A DNA stretch of 63,711 nt, counting the filler, from Octopus bimaculoides (taxonomy: Eukaryota): the NCBI RefSeq assembly GCF_001194135.2. It is 7 parts of 7 records of this genome, joined end to end, with 100 filler letters (N's around TTAATTAATTAA, not from the genome) between each part and the next. Parts side by side here need not be neighbours in the genome. Positions count along the whole stretch, not along the records: positions 48,111 to 57,294 come from NC_069005.1; positions 57,395 to 59,951 come from NC_069003.1; positions 60,052 to 63,711 come from NC_069002.1; 4 more parts are not named here. One strand, written 5' to 3'. The first letter of the stretch is position 1; each line of letters starts with the position of its first letter. The notes under the pieces were generated by a model, which was given only the letters and a program-made list of their open reading frames with translations, was not told where the DNA came from and made no database searches. The translations under genes and the position numbers were made by a program. Below are positions 50,248-63,085 of the stretch, one piece after another.

Positions 50248-50488
50248 NNNNNNNNNNNNNNNNNNNNNNNNNNNNNNNNNNNNNNNNNNNNNNNNNNNNN
50301 NNNNNNNNNNNNNNNNNNNNNNNNNNNNNNNNNNNNNNNNNNNNNNNNNNNNNNNNNNNNNNNNNNNNNNNNNNNNNNNNNNNNNNNNNNNNNNNNNNNN
50401 NNNNNNNNNNNNNNNNNNNNNNNNNNNNNNNNNNNNNNNNNNNNNNNNNNNNNNNNNNNNNNNNNNNNNNNNNNNNNNNNNNNNNNNN

Positions 50489-50520
<32 letters not shown>

Positions 50521-50529
<9 letters not shown>

Positions 50530-50600
50530 TATTATATATATATAATATTTATTATATATATATAATATTTATTATATATATATAATATTTATTATATATA
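50521..50600. repeat. AT-only 20-bp minisatellite, 4 copies (TATAATATTTATTATATATA)
   Basis: Read directly. Confidence 0.95.
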
Positions 50601-50740
50601 TTTATATTTATTATATATATAATATTTACTATATATGTATGTATATGTATATATATATAAATATATATATATGTATATATATATACATGTATACATACAC
50701 ATATAAACAGGTGGATATAGTTTTTATACATGCCTATGGC

Positions 50741-50902
50741 TAGGACCGTCTTGGCAGTAGTATAGGTCTGTGGGCATATCAGTGCACTGGGTCCAATAGT
50801 GTTTATATACTAACGGCAATCCATAGGTCAGAACTAGGACCTTAGATTCATGGGGACCCCGAGCAGCTGCTCAGTGTGCCTATGCCTAAGATAGCACTGC
50901 TT
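50741..50902. mobile_element. Degenerate short DNA-transposon-type element
   Basis: Imperfect TIR TAGGACCGTCTTGGCAGTAG / CTATGCCTAAGATAGCACTG. Confidence 0.35.
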
Positions 50903-52331
50903 ATGGTAGTATATTCTGATTATAAATCTTGCGGTATTCATTGATTTAGTGGGGGAAAAAATTCAAAGCTAATTTTAATTTTTGCACTGGAGATAAGTGA
51001 AATGGGAATAAAATTGCTCCGAGCGGCGTTAAATTATAGCAATAAATAAATAAATAAATAATTAAATGAATGAATGAATAAATAAATCAATGAATAAATA
51101 AAGAGACAAAAAAATAATTGCAATGCAACAAAAAAAAAAAAACAAGCAAAAATACTAGAAATGCTTTTTTGTTTCTGTTTCATCATTTTGAAAACAATTT
51201 TCTAAGGTTAGATGTTTTTGAACATTACATACCTCTGTACAAAAGAACTTAACTCGGTCCCCACAAAAACGTCTGTCAAATTTTATAAATCCTTTTAGCT
51301 TTAAAACGTAAAACTAGAATTAAAAATGCAAACCTACTTTTGTAGTTTTGATTTTTTCTTCCGATCAATCTTTCTTGATAGGACAGTTTTGTGATTAGCC
51401 TGAAGTTTAGGATTTCTGTGATATAATGACATTTTCCTGCTGTATCCAAGCTTTGTTCTTGTTGATGTTGTTGCTGTCGTCTCTGCTGCTGCTGCTGCTG
51501 TTGTTTTTGTTTCTGAAACACGAAAAGAATTGCAACTACTTCCGGCTGTTTTGTCACCATTAACGGTGTTTTTCGCATGGCTGTTGCTGTAATGTTGATC
51601 TTTGCTATTTTCTCCATGTGTCGTCATATGATGGTTGTTCAGTTGTGAATTTCGTGACACTGTCCCGCAAGCTAATTCTCCCGACACATACGATTCAGTT
51701 AACAGTAGGCCGTTACGATGGTTTGACATATCTATATAGTCTCTGGAAAATCTGTGTAATTCTTTGTCTATCTTTTGTTGTGTTGCTGTTGTTCTGCTGA
51801 TGTTGGTTTCGCTTTGAAGTTATCTGCCAGCTTCCCGCCGACTTGCGATGACCAATAAACCCGCTAGGAATATTTACAAATATTAACTCACAGATAACAC
51901 AACAGCTTCCGGAAAGAACCTCAGTTGTGGTTGGTCAATGATATAATACATAATCATAAAAGCTTGACTGGTCTCATTTAGTCATTAACACACAGATAGA
52001 AAAATAAAGTGAAAAAGAAACCCAGAGAAGCAGTTGGTAGAAGGTCTTAGATATCCCACCTTACCCAGTTTTCGTTAGAGAAAACAAACTTATGAGACAT
52101 GTTAGAAAAGGAGGCACATTTAATTGTGTAAACACACATTGCGTGTCTTGCAATTTCAGATCTAAATAGACAATTAAGGATAAGAAATATGGAGAGAATG
52201 TGCAACAAATCACCATATTAACATAGTTTTGGTATGAAATAATCGGTTAGAGACGTTACAGACTGCAAGTAGTCAAAGCTGCAGTGATCTCTGAGACGGA
52301 ATTGAACAAATACAAAGGAGACGAGCGCCTT

Positions 52332-52420
52332 GATTGGAGTCAGTTGACAACGAAAGTTGCTTGCCGGTCGTTTGGTTAGTGGGTGGAAGGAAAGATGGCG
52401 GAGGCGTTGAAGAGGTAGGA
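52332..52420 (+). promoter_or_regulatory. Candidate promoter or first coding exon (inverted CCAAT, YY1-type AAGATGGCGG overlapping an ATG, GT donor)
   Basis: GATTGG at 52332; AAG-ATG-GCG-GAG-GCG-TTG-AAG-AG|GTAGGA at 52392-52420. Motif evidence only. Confidence 0.2.
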
Positions 52421-52488
52421 AAACATGATGACAAGAACGAAGTATTTAGGACTACCGTGTATGGGTGTGTGTGTGTGTGTGTGTGTGT

Positions 52489-52519
<31 letters not shown>

Positions 52520-53006
52520 AGTATGTGTGTGTGTTTGTGTATGCGTGTCTGTGCGTGCAACAACATTGCTTCTGTGTTTGTTAGAAGAGAAAGAATAAGG
52601 GAGAAAGAAGAAAGAAAAACATCTCAAAGGGAAGGAGAGAGTGAGAGAGATATACAGATAGTAAGAAAGAGAGAGAGGGGGAAAGAGAGAGATAGAGGGA
52701 AAGAGAGAGAGAAATAAAGCGAGAGGGAGTGAGAAAGAGTGGCGGGGATAAAAACAAAGAGCAGAAAATAGAGGAGTAGACAAGAAGCGATGAAGTGAAA
52801 ACGGAGGAAAAGAAAGAGAAATGAGCTGAAGAAAGAGTAGATGTTGAGACGGGGACACAAAGGTTGAGTGTATATTTTTGTAGGTGAGTATACATTCTGT
52901 TATACATGCCTGACCAATTCTGTTTATATGTGTGACTGTATTTGTTTTGGTGTTAGTATTTCTGTACATGTGTGTAAGTTCAAGTGTGCGTAGATGTATG
53001 AAAGTA

Positions 53007-53055
<49 letters not shown>

Positions 53056-54314
53056 ATGTGAAGTTCAGTGCGTTAGTGCGTACGAGTGCAAATGTTGTCT
53101 TTACGATTACAAGTGGATAGGTCTGTTAGAAGAGTTACGACGTGTTTGTTTCTTTGTAACCAATCAGAACTGGAATCAAGTGAAATGTCAGGGAGAATCA
53201 GTCAATTAAAAAAAGTCTAGAGGCCAATCATATCAATGAAAAGAAGTACAATTCATAGGTCATGTCTAGGTCACGGATGTGTGTGTGCACGTGTCTGTGG
53301 ATGTGTGTGGGTCATTCTTTAAGGGTTGGTAATGAAAGAATGACAATTAGGGTTTCGTAACTGAACGAAAAGAAAATAGATAATAATGAAACAAGCCTGC
53401 TTCATTATTTTTCCCCCAGTGTAAAGGATACTTGAAAATGGGAGGAAGTGTAGTAATTAACATGATTATATTGAAAAAAGAAAAAAAGAATAAAAAGACA
53501 AAAATTCCCTACCTTAACGAAGGTGAATTTTGCTAATCCTCAAGGATTATGTACATATTCAATTTGATTTGACCCCTTTTCTCTCCTACAGCCCTTTCTC
53601 CATCCTTTCTCATGCATAAACTGATTAATCCAATTTTGAGTTAACTTTACCTTAACGGGGAAAAATCTCCAAGGCAACATATAATAACACCTATTCAGAA
53701 GATTGCTTTAGAAAAAATGTCCGCCATTTACTCCATCCATTAATTGTTATGATAGCTAGATCTAAATGTAGTCTGTTCATATTGTTGTTGTTGTTGTTGT
53801 TTAGCCCCTGGTCAACCGTTATATGATCAAATGTGTCAAAGCCATGATCAATCTTTCTTCATTTGGGAAGTGTCTATCCAGGTGCACATTGTTCAGTGTA
53901 CCCTTTATTTTGTAAGTTGGAAGGTTATGATTCGATTGCTATCTCTAGCAGATTCAGCGTCTTTTTGAAGCTCCTCTCTCGTGAGATCGTAATGTTACTG
54001 CTTAACTCCAGATTATCCCTGATTCAAGAGATCTATGACTAGATGGGTTCAAGCCAAATTCAATTCCCATTTGCTTCTGGATATAATCTATCAAGGATTA
54101 TATTAGCTCAAACACATTTTCTTTTAACCCTGTAAGGAATAAGTTCTGGGATATTTTACTGATATCGATCCAACTATTCATTTGTCGCCACTTACAGTTC
54201 CCTGGAGGGTCGTGGGGATAGAGTCCTCTCAGAAATCTCCTCCATAGGCTCTTACCAGAGACAACTGTAATTAAACTTTCCTGTTGGATTCTCAAATATG
54301 ACCAATTGAGATTC

Positions 54315-54865
54315 TTACTCTTTCCCTTGTCTCAGTCATTAGACTGCAGCCATGCTGGAGCACCGCCTTTAAGAATTTTAGTCGAATGAATCAACCCCAG
54401 TACTTATTTTTTTAAAGTACTGATACTTATTCTATGTCTTTTTTGCCGAAGCGCTAAGTTATGGGATATGTATATTGGCTGTGTGGTAAGTAGCTTGCTT
54501 ACCAGCCACATGGATCCGGGTTCAGTCCCACTGCGTGGCACCTTGGGCAAGTGTCTTCTACTATAGCCTCGGGCCGACCAAAGCCTTGAGTGGATTTGGT
54601 AGACAGAAACTGAAAGAAGCCCGTCGTATATATGTATATATATATGTATATGTGTGTGTACGTTCGTGTGTCTGTGTTTGTCTCCTCAAAATCGCTTGAC
54701 AACCGATGGTGGTGTGTTTACGTCTCCGTAACTTAGCGGTTCGGCAAAAGTGACCGATAGAATAAGTACTAGGCTTACAAAGAATAAGTCCTGGGGTCGA
54801 TTTGCTCGACTAAAGGCGGTGCTCCAGCATGGCCACAGTCAAATGACTGAAACAAGTAAAAGAGA
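54315..54865. mobile_element. Adjacent inverted pair of family A SINEs (minus fragment 54315-54465; plus copy 54476-54865)
   Basis: 54330-54465 is the reverse complement of about 54720-54855, with indels. Confidence 0.85.
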
Positions 54866-55014
54866 AAAAAATAGTATATATATATGTGTGTGTGTGTGTG
54901 TGTTTCCTGGGGCTAAAACAACAGTAACATCGTCCCTTCCAGGACAGCCACATTATGTTGGCAAATAGCCTTTAATTTAAAGAACTGTTACTGAATGTCT
55001 CGCTTTCGCCTCTC

Positions 55015-56290
55015 CCGAAATTGCTGGCCTTGTGCCAAAAGTTTAGTACAAGGCCAGTAATTTCGTAGGAGGGGATAAGTCGATTACATCGACCCCCAGT
55101 GTTCAACTGATACTTATTTTATAGACCTTGAAAAGATGGAAGGCAAATTCGACCTTGGCATAAAAACGGACAAAACTCGCCGCTTTTTACAACTATGGTA
55201 ATAAGCCTTTCCAGGGTCTGAAATTGTTGAGGATGGGAAGGAAAGTCGATTGCGTCGACCCCAGTAAGTAACTGGTACTTATTTCATCGATCCAGAGAGG
55301 ATGAAAGGCAAAGTTCGACTTCGGCAGAATTTGAACTTAACTTAAAGACGGACAAAGCGCTGCTGAACATTTTGCCCGGAGTGCTATCGATTCTGCCAGC
55401 TCGCTGCCTTTAACAGTTATGGTAATAACACTCTTTATTAAGGCAACGAGCTGGCAGAATCGCTAGCACGCCGGTCGAAATGCTTCCTGGTATTTTGGCT
55501 GCCGCTACGTTCTGAGTTCAAGTTTTGCTAAGGTCGACTTTACCTTTCATTCTTTAGGATCGATAAATTAAGTACCAGTTGAGTACTGGTTTCGATCTAA
55601 TTGACTGGCCCCTTCCCCCAAATTTCGGGCCTTATACCTAGAGTAGAAAAGAATAAATCCTTTCTACTATAGGCACAAACCTCTGGTACTTAATTTATCG
55701 ACCCCGAAAGGATGAAAGGCAAAGTCAATCTCAGCGGAATTTGAACTCAGAATGTAGCGATTCACGGAATACTGCTAAGCATTTCATCTAGCGCACTAAC
55801 GATTCTGGCACCTTGCCGCCTTAACAGCTATGGTGATAATCCTTTCTACTCTAGGCACAAGGCCCGAAATTTTGGGGGAGGGGGTCAGTCGATTAGATCG
55901 ACTCCAGTACTCAACTGGTACTTAATTTATCGACCCCAAAAGAATGAAAGGCAAAGTCGACCTCGGCGGAATTTGAACTCAGAATGTAGTGACTCGCGAA
56001 ATATCAGTAAGCATTTCTTCCAACGCACTAACGATTCTTGCTTCTTTATTGCTCACAAGGGGCTAAACATAGAGGGGACAAACAAGGACAAAGGGATTAA
56101 GTCGATTTCATCGACCCCAGTGCGTAATTGGTACTTAATTTATCGACCCCGAAAGGATGAAAGGCAAAGTCGATCTCGGCGGAATTTGAACTCAGAACGT
56201 AACGGCAGACGAACTACTGCTGCTAAGCATTTCGCCCGGCGTGCTAACGATTCTGCCAGCTCGCCGCCTTTAACAGCTACGGTAATAATG
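55015..56290. mobile_element. Cluster of six family B SINE copies (five minus, one plus at 55441-55654) with a shared spacer
   Basis: Repeated GTCGAC(C/T)TCGGCGGAATTTGAACT cores. A spacer similar to TTAACAGCTATGGTAATAA occurs at 55184, 55409, 55821 and 56270. Confidence 0.9.
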
Positions 56291-57134
56291 CCATTGAGAA
56301 CAGTACTACCAGCAACAACAGCAACAACAACAACAACAACAACAACAACAGTAGCAGCAGCAGCAGCAGTAGCAGTAACAACAATATAATCAAATATAGA
56401 AAGATCAACGGCAGTAATCTAAAGAAAAAAAACCGTAACAGCAATAATACGAACAGCAACAACAAAATAACAAGATTATATCATCTTATATAGAAACATC
56501 AATGACTATGGCTTTAAAAAAATACATTAATTCCAATAACAAGAACTAGTCTAAAAATGAACACGAACAAGAGTTTACTCCAACTATCAATTCTAATAAA
56601 AACAACAACAGCAATAACACAAGAAGCGGTTAGTTAATTTGTTGCAGATAGATGCACCATTTTCTACAAAGGTTGCTTTCTTCTATGTTGATTACCCTGT
56701 CATTGTCTGTATTTTGCTTTTAAAATTTATTTTATGGTCTTTTTTCCCCCTTCAAATATATCATAAAAAAAAAACATAACATACACAATATTTAAACAAA
56801 TTTATTCCTGATTTAGAAAATCGAAATTACCCACAATGCAGGTTAACTTATTGATCTTACAATCATTCAATTAGATTTCATTTTTATTGTATTTTCTTCA
56901 AATCTCCGCAAAGCCACCTCGACACGTCTTGCACACAACTATCTCTCTCTATATATGGATATATACTCATTATATCTACTTACTTGAGCTTTTCACTCAC
57001 ACTCCACTCAAAGTACATACTCAAATATACATTCAAGTTTATCGTAACATGTTTAACCGTACAAACTGAGTAATAAGTAATCATTCTTATAAGCTCTGCT
57101 CTGTTTTGGTTTTGTTATTAACCCACCAATCGAT

Positions 57135-57197
<63 letters not shown>

Positions 57198-57234
57198 GTC
57201 TATCTATCTATCTGTCTATCTATCTATCTGTCTG

Positions 57235-57294
<60 letters not shown>

Positions 57295-57639
57295 NNNNNN
57301 NNNNNNNNNNNNNNNNNNNNNNNNNNNNNNNNNNNNNNTTAATTAATTAANNNNNNNNNNNNNNNNNNNNNNNNNNNNNNNNNNNNNNNNNNNNTATATA
57401 TATATATATGTATGTATATATATTGAAAGAAAGAAAATGGAGAAAAATGGATGTATGAACAATTTATTTGTATGATATAGAGATGTTGAAATTTTTTTTA
57501 AAAAACATAACAATACAAATACATTATAAGTTGTAAACCTCAAAATATGTGAAAAAAAAAAAAAAGAAAAAACCTACATATATGTTTCAGTTCTACCCCC
57601 TAGTTGATATGCAATTCTAAGCATTTGGTTATATGCTAA

Positions 57640-57900
57640 GAAAGGTATCATTTTCTAACTACATGGGACAGAACTTCTTCAGAAGAACTAATAGAACTAA
57701 GGTTAACATTTTTCTTTGAAGGATGTATACAATATATATGTAGAATACTCTGTATGAATCCTTCAAAGAAAAATGTTAACCTGTAAATGTAGTGTGTGTG
57801 TGTGTGTATGAGTGTTTCTTTTTTAAATTATTGAAATCCCCACCCCCTAAAAGATACTGTCTAAACAAGAAAATAAAGTACCATAGTTAGAATTCAGATA
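57640..57900. repeat. Foldback with a perfect 25-bp inner inverted repeat (57700-57724 / 57758-57782) and degenerate outer arms
   Basis: AGGTTAACATTTTTCTTTGAAGGAT / ATCCTTCAAAGAAAAATGTTAACCT. Outer arms TTCTAACTACATGGGAC / GTACCATAGTTAGAA. Confidence 0.85.
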
Positions 57901-58009
57901 ACAACTACAATAAAATGTTATGGTTACATGTTGAAATCTGAAAATGTCTTGCATACTTTCACCGTTCTATTTACCAAGTGATATCATCAGAATGTGTTAA
58001 ATAGTCTCT

Positions 58010-58290
58010 TTGTCTAGAAATCCGATCTTTTCTAGAGCGTTCTTTAAACACTGACTGAGCATAGTCCCAAAGCACCAAAGGATAGATATATGCCTATTAT
58101 TTATGGAAGAATAGACTTTTAAAGCATTTGTTCTTCATCGTTTTTGTATTGATTTTGAATAAAATATTCACATTCACAGGACAAGTGACCTCCATAATAA
58201 GAGTACAACACTTTTGATTTCGGTTTAATGGAAGGAATCTATTGCAGGCCAGTTGCTTATTTGATTGGAATGTTCCAGCAATTTTTCTGC
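58010..58290 (-). mobile_element. Decayed RLE (R4/NeSL-group) endonuclease fragment
   Basis: LIMEVTCPVNVNILFKINTK, then frameshifted FGALG and LEKIGF. Confidence 0.45.
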
Positions 58291-58316
58291 TACTGAAATA
58301 TATCAATATACGGATA

Positions 58317-58530
58317 CTCTTTTTACTCTTTTTACTTGTTTCAGTCATTTGACTGCGGCCATGCTGGAGCACCGCCTTTCGTCGAGCAAATCGACCCCAG
58401 GACTTATTCTTTGGGAGCCTAATACTTATTCTATCGGTCTCTTTTTGCCGAACCGCTAAGTTACGGGGACGTAAACACACCAGCATCGGTTGTCAAGCGA
58501 TGTTGGAGTGACAAACACAGACACACAAAC
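58317..58530 (-). mobile_element. SINE family A, 3' half
   Basis: Near-identical reverse complement of 54690-54865. Confidence 0.88.
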
Positions 58531-59232
58531 ATATACACACACACACACACATACATACATACATACATATATATATNNNNNNNNNNNNNNNNNNNNNNNN
58601 NNNNNNNNNNNNNNNNNNNNNNNNNNNNNNNNNNNNNNNNNNNNNNNNNNNNNNNNNNNNNNNNNNNNNNNNNNNNNNNNNNNNNNNNNNNNNNNNNNNN
58701 NNNNNNNNNNNNNNNNNNNNNNNNNNNNNNNNNNNNNNNNNNNNNNNNNNNNNNNNNNNNNNNNNNNNNNNNNNNNNNNNNNNNNNNNNNNNNNNNNNNN
58801 NNNNNNNNNNNNNNNNNNNNNNNNNNNNNNNNNNNNNNNNNNNNNNNNNNNNNNNNNNNNNNNNNNNNNNNNNNNNNNNNNNNNNNNNNNNNNNNNNNNN
58901 NNNNNNNNNNNNNNNNNNNNNNNNNNNNNNNNNNNNNNNNNNNNNNNNNNNNNNNNNNNNNNNNNNNNNNNNNNNNNNNNNNNNNNNNNNNNNNNNNNNN
59001 NNNNNNNNNNNNNNNNNNNNNNNNNNNNNNNNNNNNNNNNNNNNNNNNNNNNNNNNNNNNNNNNNNNNNNNNNNNNNNNNNNNNNNNNNNNNNNNNNNNN
59101 NNNNNNNNNNNNNNNNNNNNNNNNNNNNNNNNNNNNNNNNNNNNNNATATATATATATATATATATATAAAACCACATGTGAATCGTTGGCGATTTTCTT
59201 CCTCCGTCTTCGCTTCTATTGGATTTTCCTCT

Positions 59233-59268
59233 GTTTCCGAAGAAGAGCGTCTCCTCGAAACGTTAAAC
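59233..59268 (+). ncRNA. Minimal hammerhead-like motif in another Penelope-type terminal repeat; variant core
   Basis: GTTT-CCGAAGA-A-GAG cgtctc CTC-GAAA-CGTT-AAAC. U4 is replaced by C. Confidence 0.55.
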
Positions 59269-59357
59269 CATCTTTCTTTCCTTTCCTGAGCGTCCGCTAA
59301 TACATTACATGTACCACGTCCTCGCCTTGTTGTTTTTTTTGCGTTGTTGGGATTTGC

Positions 59358-59393
<36 letters not shown>

Positions 59394-59547
59394 TGCATAC
59401 TGTATGTGCATACTTGTATATTTGAATATGTATGCATATGTGTGAGAATACGTGTGTAATATATATACATGTATATATTTTATATATGTGTGCGCGTACA
59501 TAAGCATAATGTATGTAAGTAAGTATGTATGTATGTATGTATGTATG

Positions 59548-59601
<54 letters not shown>

Positions 59602-59770
59602 TTTAATGTTTGTATTTCAAGTAATATATAGAAATTTAAGATGTAACTGCCAAATTACTCAATACTTGTGAGTAAAACAGACGTTCATTAAACTTTGAAA
59701 TTACTGTCAACCATTTCCTTGTAAAAGTTATGTATGTACATATGTGGATACGCGCTTGCGCCTGTGTGCC

Positions 59771-59827
<57 letters not shown>

Positions 59828-60096
59828 CCGTGTCCGCCTGTATGTGTATACATGTTTGTATTATCAGCAGGGTTTCCAAACATACGAAGAAGACGAACGA
59901 TGCTCTACCTTAGATATGGCTATTTTTGGAGTATGCAGTGTCTCTCTTCCTNNNNNNNNNNNNNNNNNNNNNNNNNNNNNNNNNNNNNNNNNNNNTTAAT
60001 TAATTAANNNNNNNNNNNNNNNNNNNNNNNNNNNNNNNNNNNNNNNNNNNNTATATATGCATATGCTGTATATATATATATATATATATATATACG

Positions 60097-60126
60097 TACG
60101 AGGGCATGGTATAAAGTTCCTGGCTT
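60097..60126 (+). mobile_element. Single mariner-like TIR relic
   Basis: TA-CGAGGGCATGGTATAAAGTTCCTGGCTT resembles mariner ends. No partner TIR found. Confidence 0.35.
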
Positions 60127-60238
60127 AGAGTATAATGATAAATTGTCTTACCGATAATGGTTTTTTCATACTGAACTACTTGGCAGAATTGTTAATTATT
60201 AATTCTATTATTAATTGACGATTCTCTGCCCTTATTCT

Positions 60239-60276
<38 letters not shown>

Positions 60277-60307
60277 CATACATACATACATACCCACATA
60301 TAGTACG

Positions 60308-60338
<31 letters not shown>

Positions 60339-61098
60339 ATGGAAACCCATATATAGCCATCCAAGCATGTAAAATTTAAATTGAAAAAAAATGATGAACA
60401 GAGATAATCGATTTTCGATCCTCATTGGCTTCTCATCAGAGATGTCCGCATTATTTGAACAATCCCTGAGGAATATACAGCAAACCCCGTTCATATAAAC
60501 ATGAAATCCTGTAGCTTCATCGAGCTGGAGCCATGTGTGTGTGTATATATATGTATGTGTGTATGTATGTATGTATGTATGTATGTATGTATGTATGTAT
60601 GCATGTCTGTTTGTATGTATGTATGTATGTATTTATACATGCATGTATGTATGTATTATGTATGTATATATGTATGAATGTGTGTATGTATAAATCTATG
60701 TATGCTTGTATGTATGTATGTATGTATGCATGTATGTGTCTATGTGTGTATGTATGCATGTATTATGTATAATGTATGAATGTATACATGTATGAATGTA
60801 TGTATGTGTGTATCTACGTATGTTTGTATGTATGTATGTATGAATGTATGTGTGTGTGCATGTATGGTTGTATGTATGTATGTGTGTTTTTATATGTATG
60901 TTTGTATGCATACATGTATGCGTGTATTTATGTATGTATGAATGTATGCATGTTTGCATGTGCGTATATATGTATGTACGTGTGTGTGTATGTATGTGCA
61001 TATGCATGCGTTTGTATACACCCAAACACGCACACATATGTAAGGTGTTTACAAATACGCACACTTCGGAGTTAGTGTACACTAGATTGAGAGAGAGC

Positions 61099-61147
<49 letters not shown>

Positions 61148-61432
61148 AGAGCGAGAGAAAAAGTGAGAGAGAGATGGAGGGAGAGAGATGGAGAGAGAGA
61201 AAGAGATGGAGAGAGAGAGAGAGAGGGTGGAGAGGAAGAGGAAATGAATTCGAAATATAAACATGTTTACATTGTGTTTAGTTTCAGTCTGCATGGAAAC
61301 AGTATTTTTATATTGTTAGAGACACTTTGGTGTTGAGGATACTAATAGGTAGGCTGGGGAGGGGGGATATGAAGGATAGTAGGTAGGTTGGTCGTGAGAT
61401 AGATAAACAAATAGACAGATCAATAGGTAAAC

Positions 61433-61498
<66 letters not shown>

Positions 61499-61618
61499 GT
61501 AGGTAGATAGAAATATATATAGGTAGATAAATAATTAGATAGGCAGGTAAATAGATACAAAGATAGATAAATAGACAGGTAGGTAGATAGATACAGAGAT
61601 AGACATATAGGGAAACAA

Positions 61619-61649
<31 letters not shown>

Positions 61650-61856
61650 CATACTCACACACACACATATATATATATACATGCAAACACACACACGTAC
61701 ACACACATATATATAAGAAAATGAGATGACAGAGGAATAAACAATTATCGTACAAACTTCATTAGCTCACAGCTGTTTCCACTGTGGAGTGCTTGAGTAC
61801 CACAGTACAGTATCACCAAGGCCTCAAACATGAAGTGTACACACACGCGCGAGCAT

Positions 61857-61891
<35 letters not shown>

Positions 61892-62037
61892 AAAGCACCA
61901 CACATTCTTATACGTACACATACATAAGCTTGAAAGTTTCATAAATATGTTAGCAGTTAGATAGAGTGGTAGGTGTGAAGGCAGTTTTGAAGAGAGATGG
62001 ATTGATCAATATAGAAGATTGATAGGACGCACACACA

Positions 62038-62084
<47 letters not shown>

Positions 62085-62821
62085 ACGCACACACATGCAC
62101 GCACGTACATACACACATACACACACACGCCCAGAGAGGGAAATGGATATAGATACATAACGTAATTAAATGAAAGTGACAGAGGAAGACAGCCAAAGTC
62201 AAGATGCGCAGAGAAGGGGGGAGAACTAAACAACCAAAACGAAGAAATACTAGGAAACGTTTCTAGGAGGAGGAAATGGTGAGTTGAAGACGGAGGAGGA
62301 CCAATAGGTTGGGGAGAAGGCGTAGGAGATGATTCTGTATCATTTCACGTTCGTTGATTGCTGTGAGCCAATGTTTACTACGTGATGGTGACAATATATT
62401 ATGAGTGATGTGTCGGCGCTTCTATTATTGCTATTGTTGTCGTTGTTAATGGTGGTGGTGGTGGTGGTGGTCGTCGTCGTCGTCGTGTTGTTGCTGTGGT
62501 TGTTGTTGTTGTTACTCTTGTTGAAATGCTTCTGCGATAAGTGATAATGTCGTTACGTTGACGTAACTCGGTAACTCGGCCGGCATCCGAGACTTCCATT
62601 AGAAACTGTGCAAGCTACATTACACACGCACCCTACCCACAGGCATGCACACATATATATTCCTATACATATACACGTATATAAGTATAAATATATATGC
62701 ATACATTAATACCTATACATAGACATACATACATATATATATATATATATACAATATATATCAATATATATATATATACATATATAACTTCCTCTTTGTG
62801 TATGTATGTATGTATGTACAT

Positions 62822-62853
<32 letters not shown>

Positions 62854-62877
62854 GTGTATATATATATAATATATATA

Positions 62878-62917
<40 letters not shown>

Positions 62918-63085
62918 ATGAGGGGTTTGGTTCACTGGTGATCTAAACGAATAGGTACGCTGAGTAAGTGCTAGAATTGGTCGTCTGTTAGATTCCGATT
63001 TCACAGCTGACGCTGGATCTAGGGATCCGTATTAGGGTTCCGTTATAGCAGGTATACATTATATTAAAGAAAAAAAATTAAAACG

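Noticed and set aside
60385-60450. Minus-strand CTGATGA...GGATC-GAAA-ATCGAT as an eighth hammerhead; also 35255-35310
   Set aside because: Stem I cannot be formed and stem II or the core is broken. Too decayed to count.
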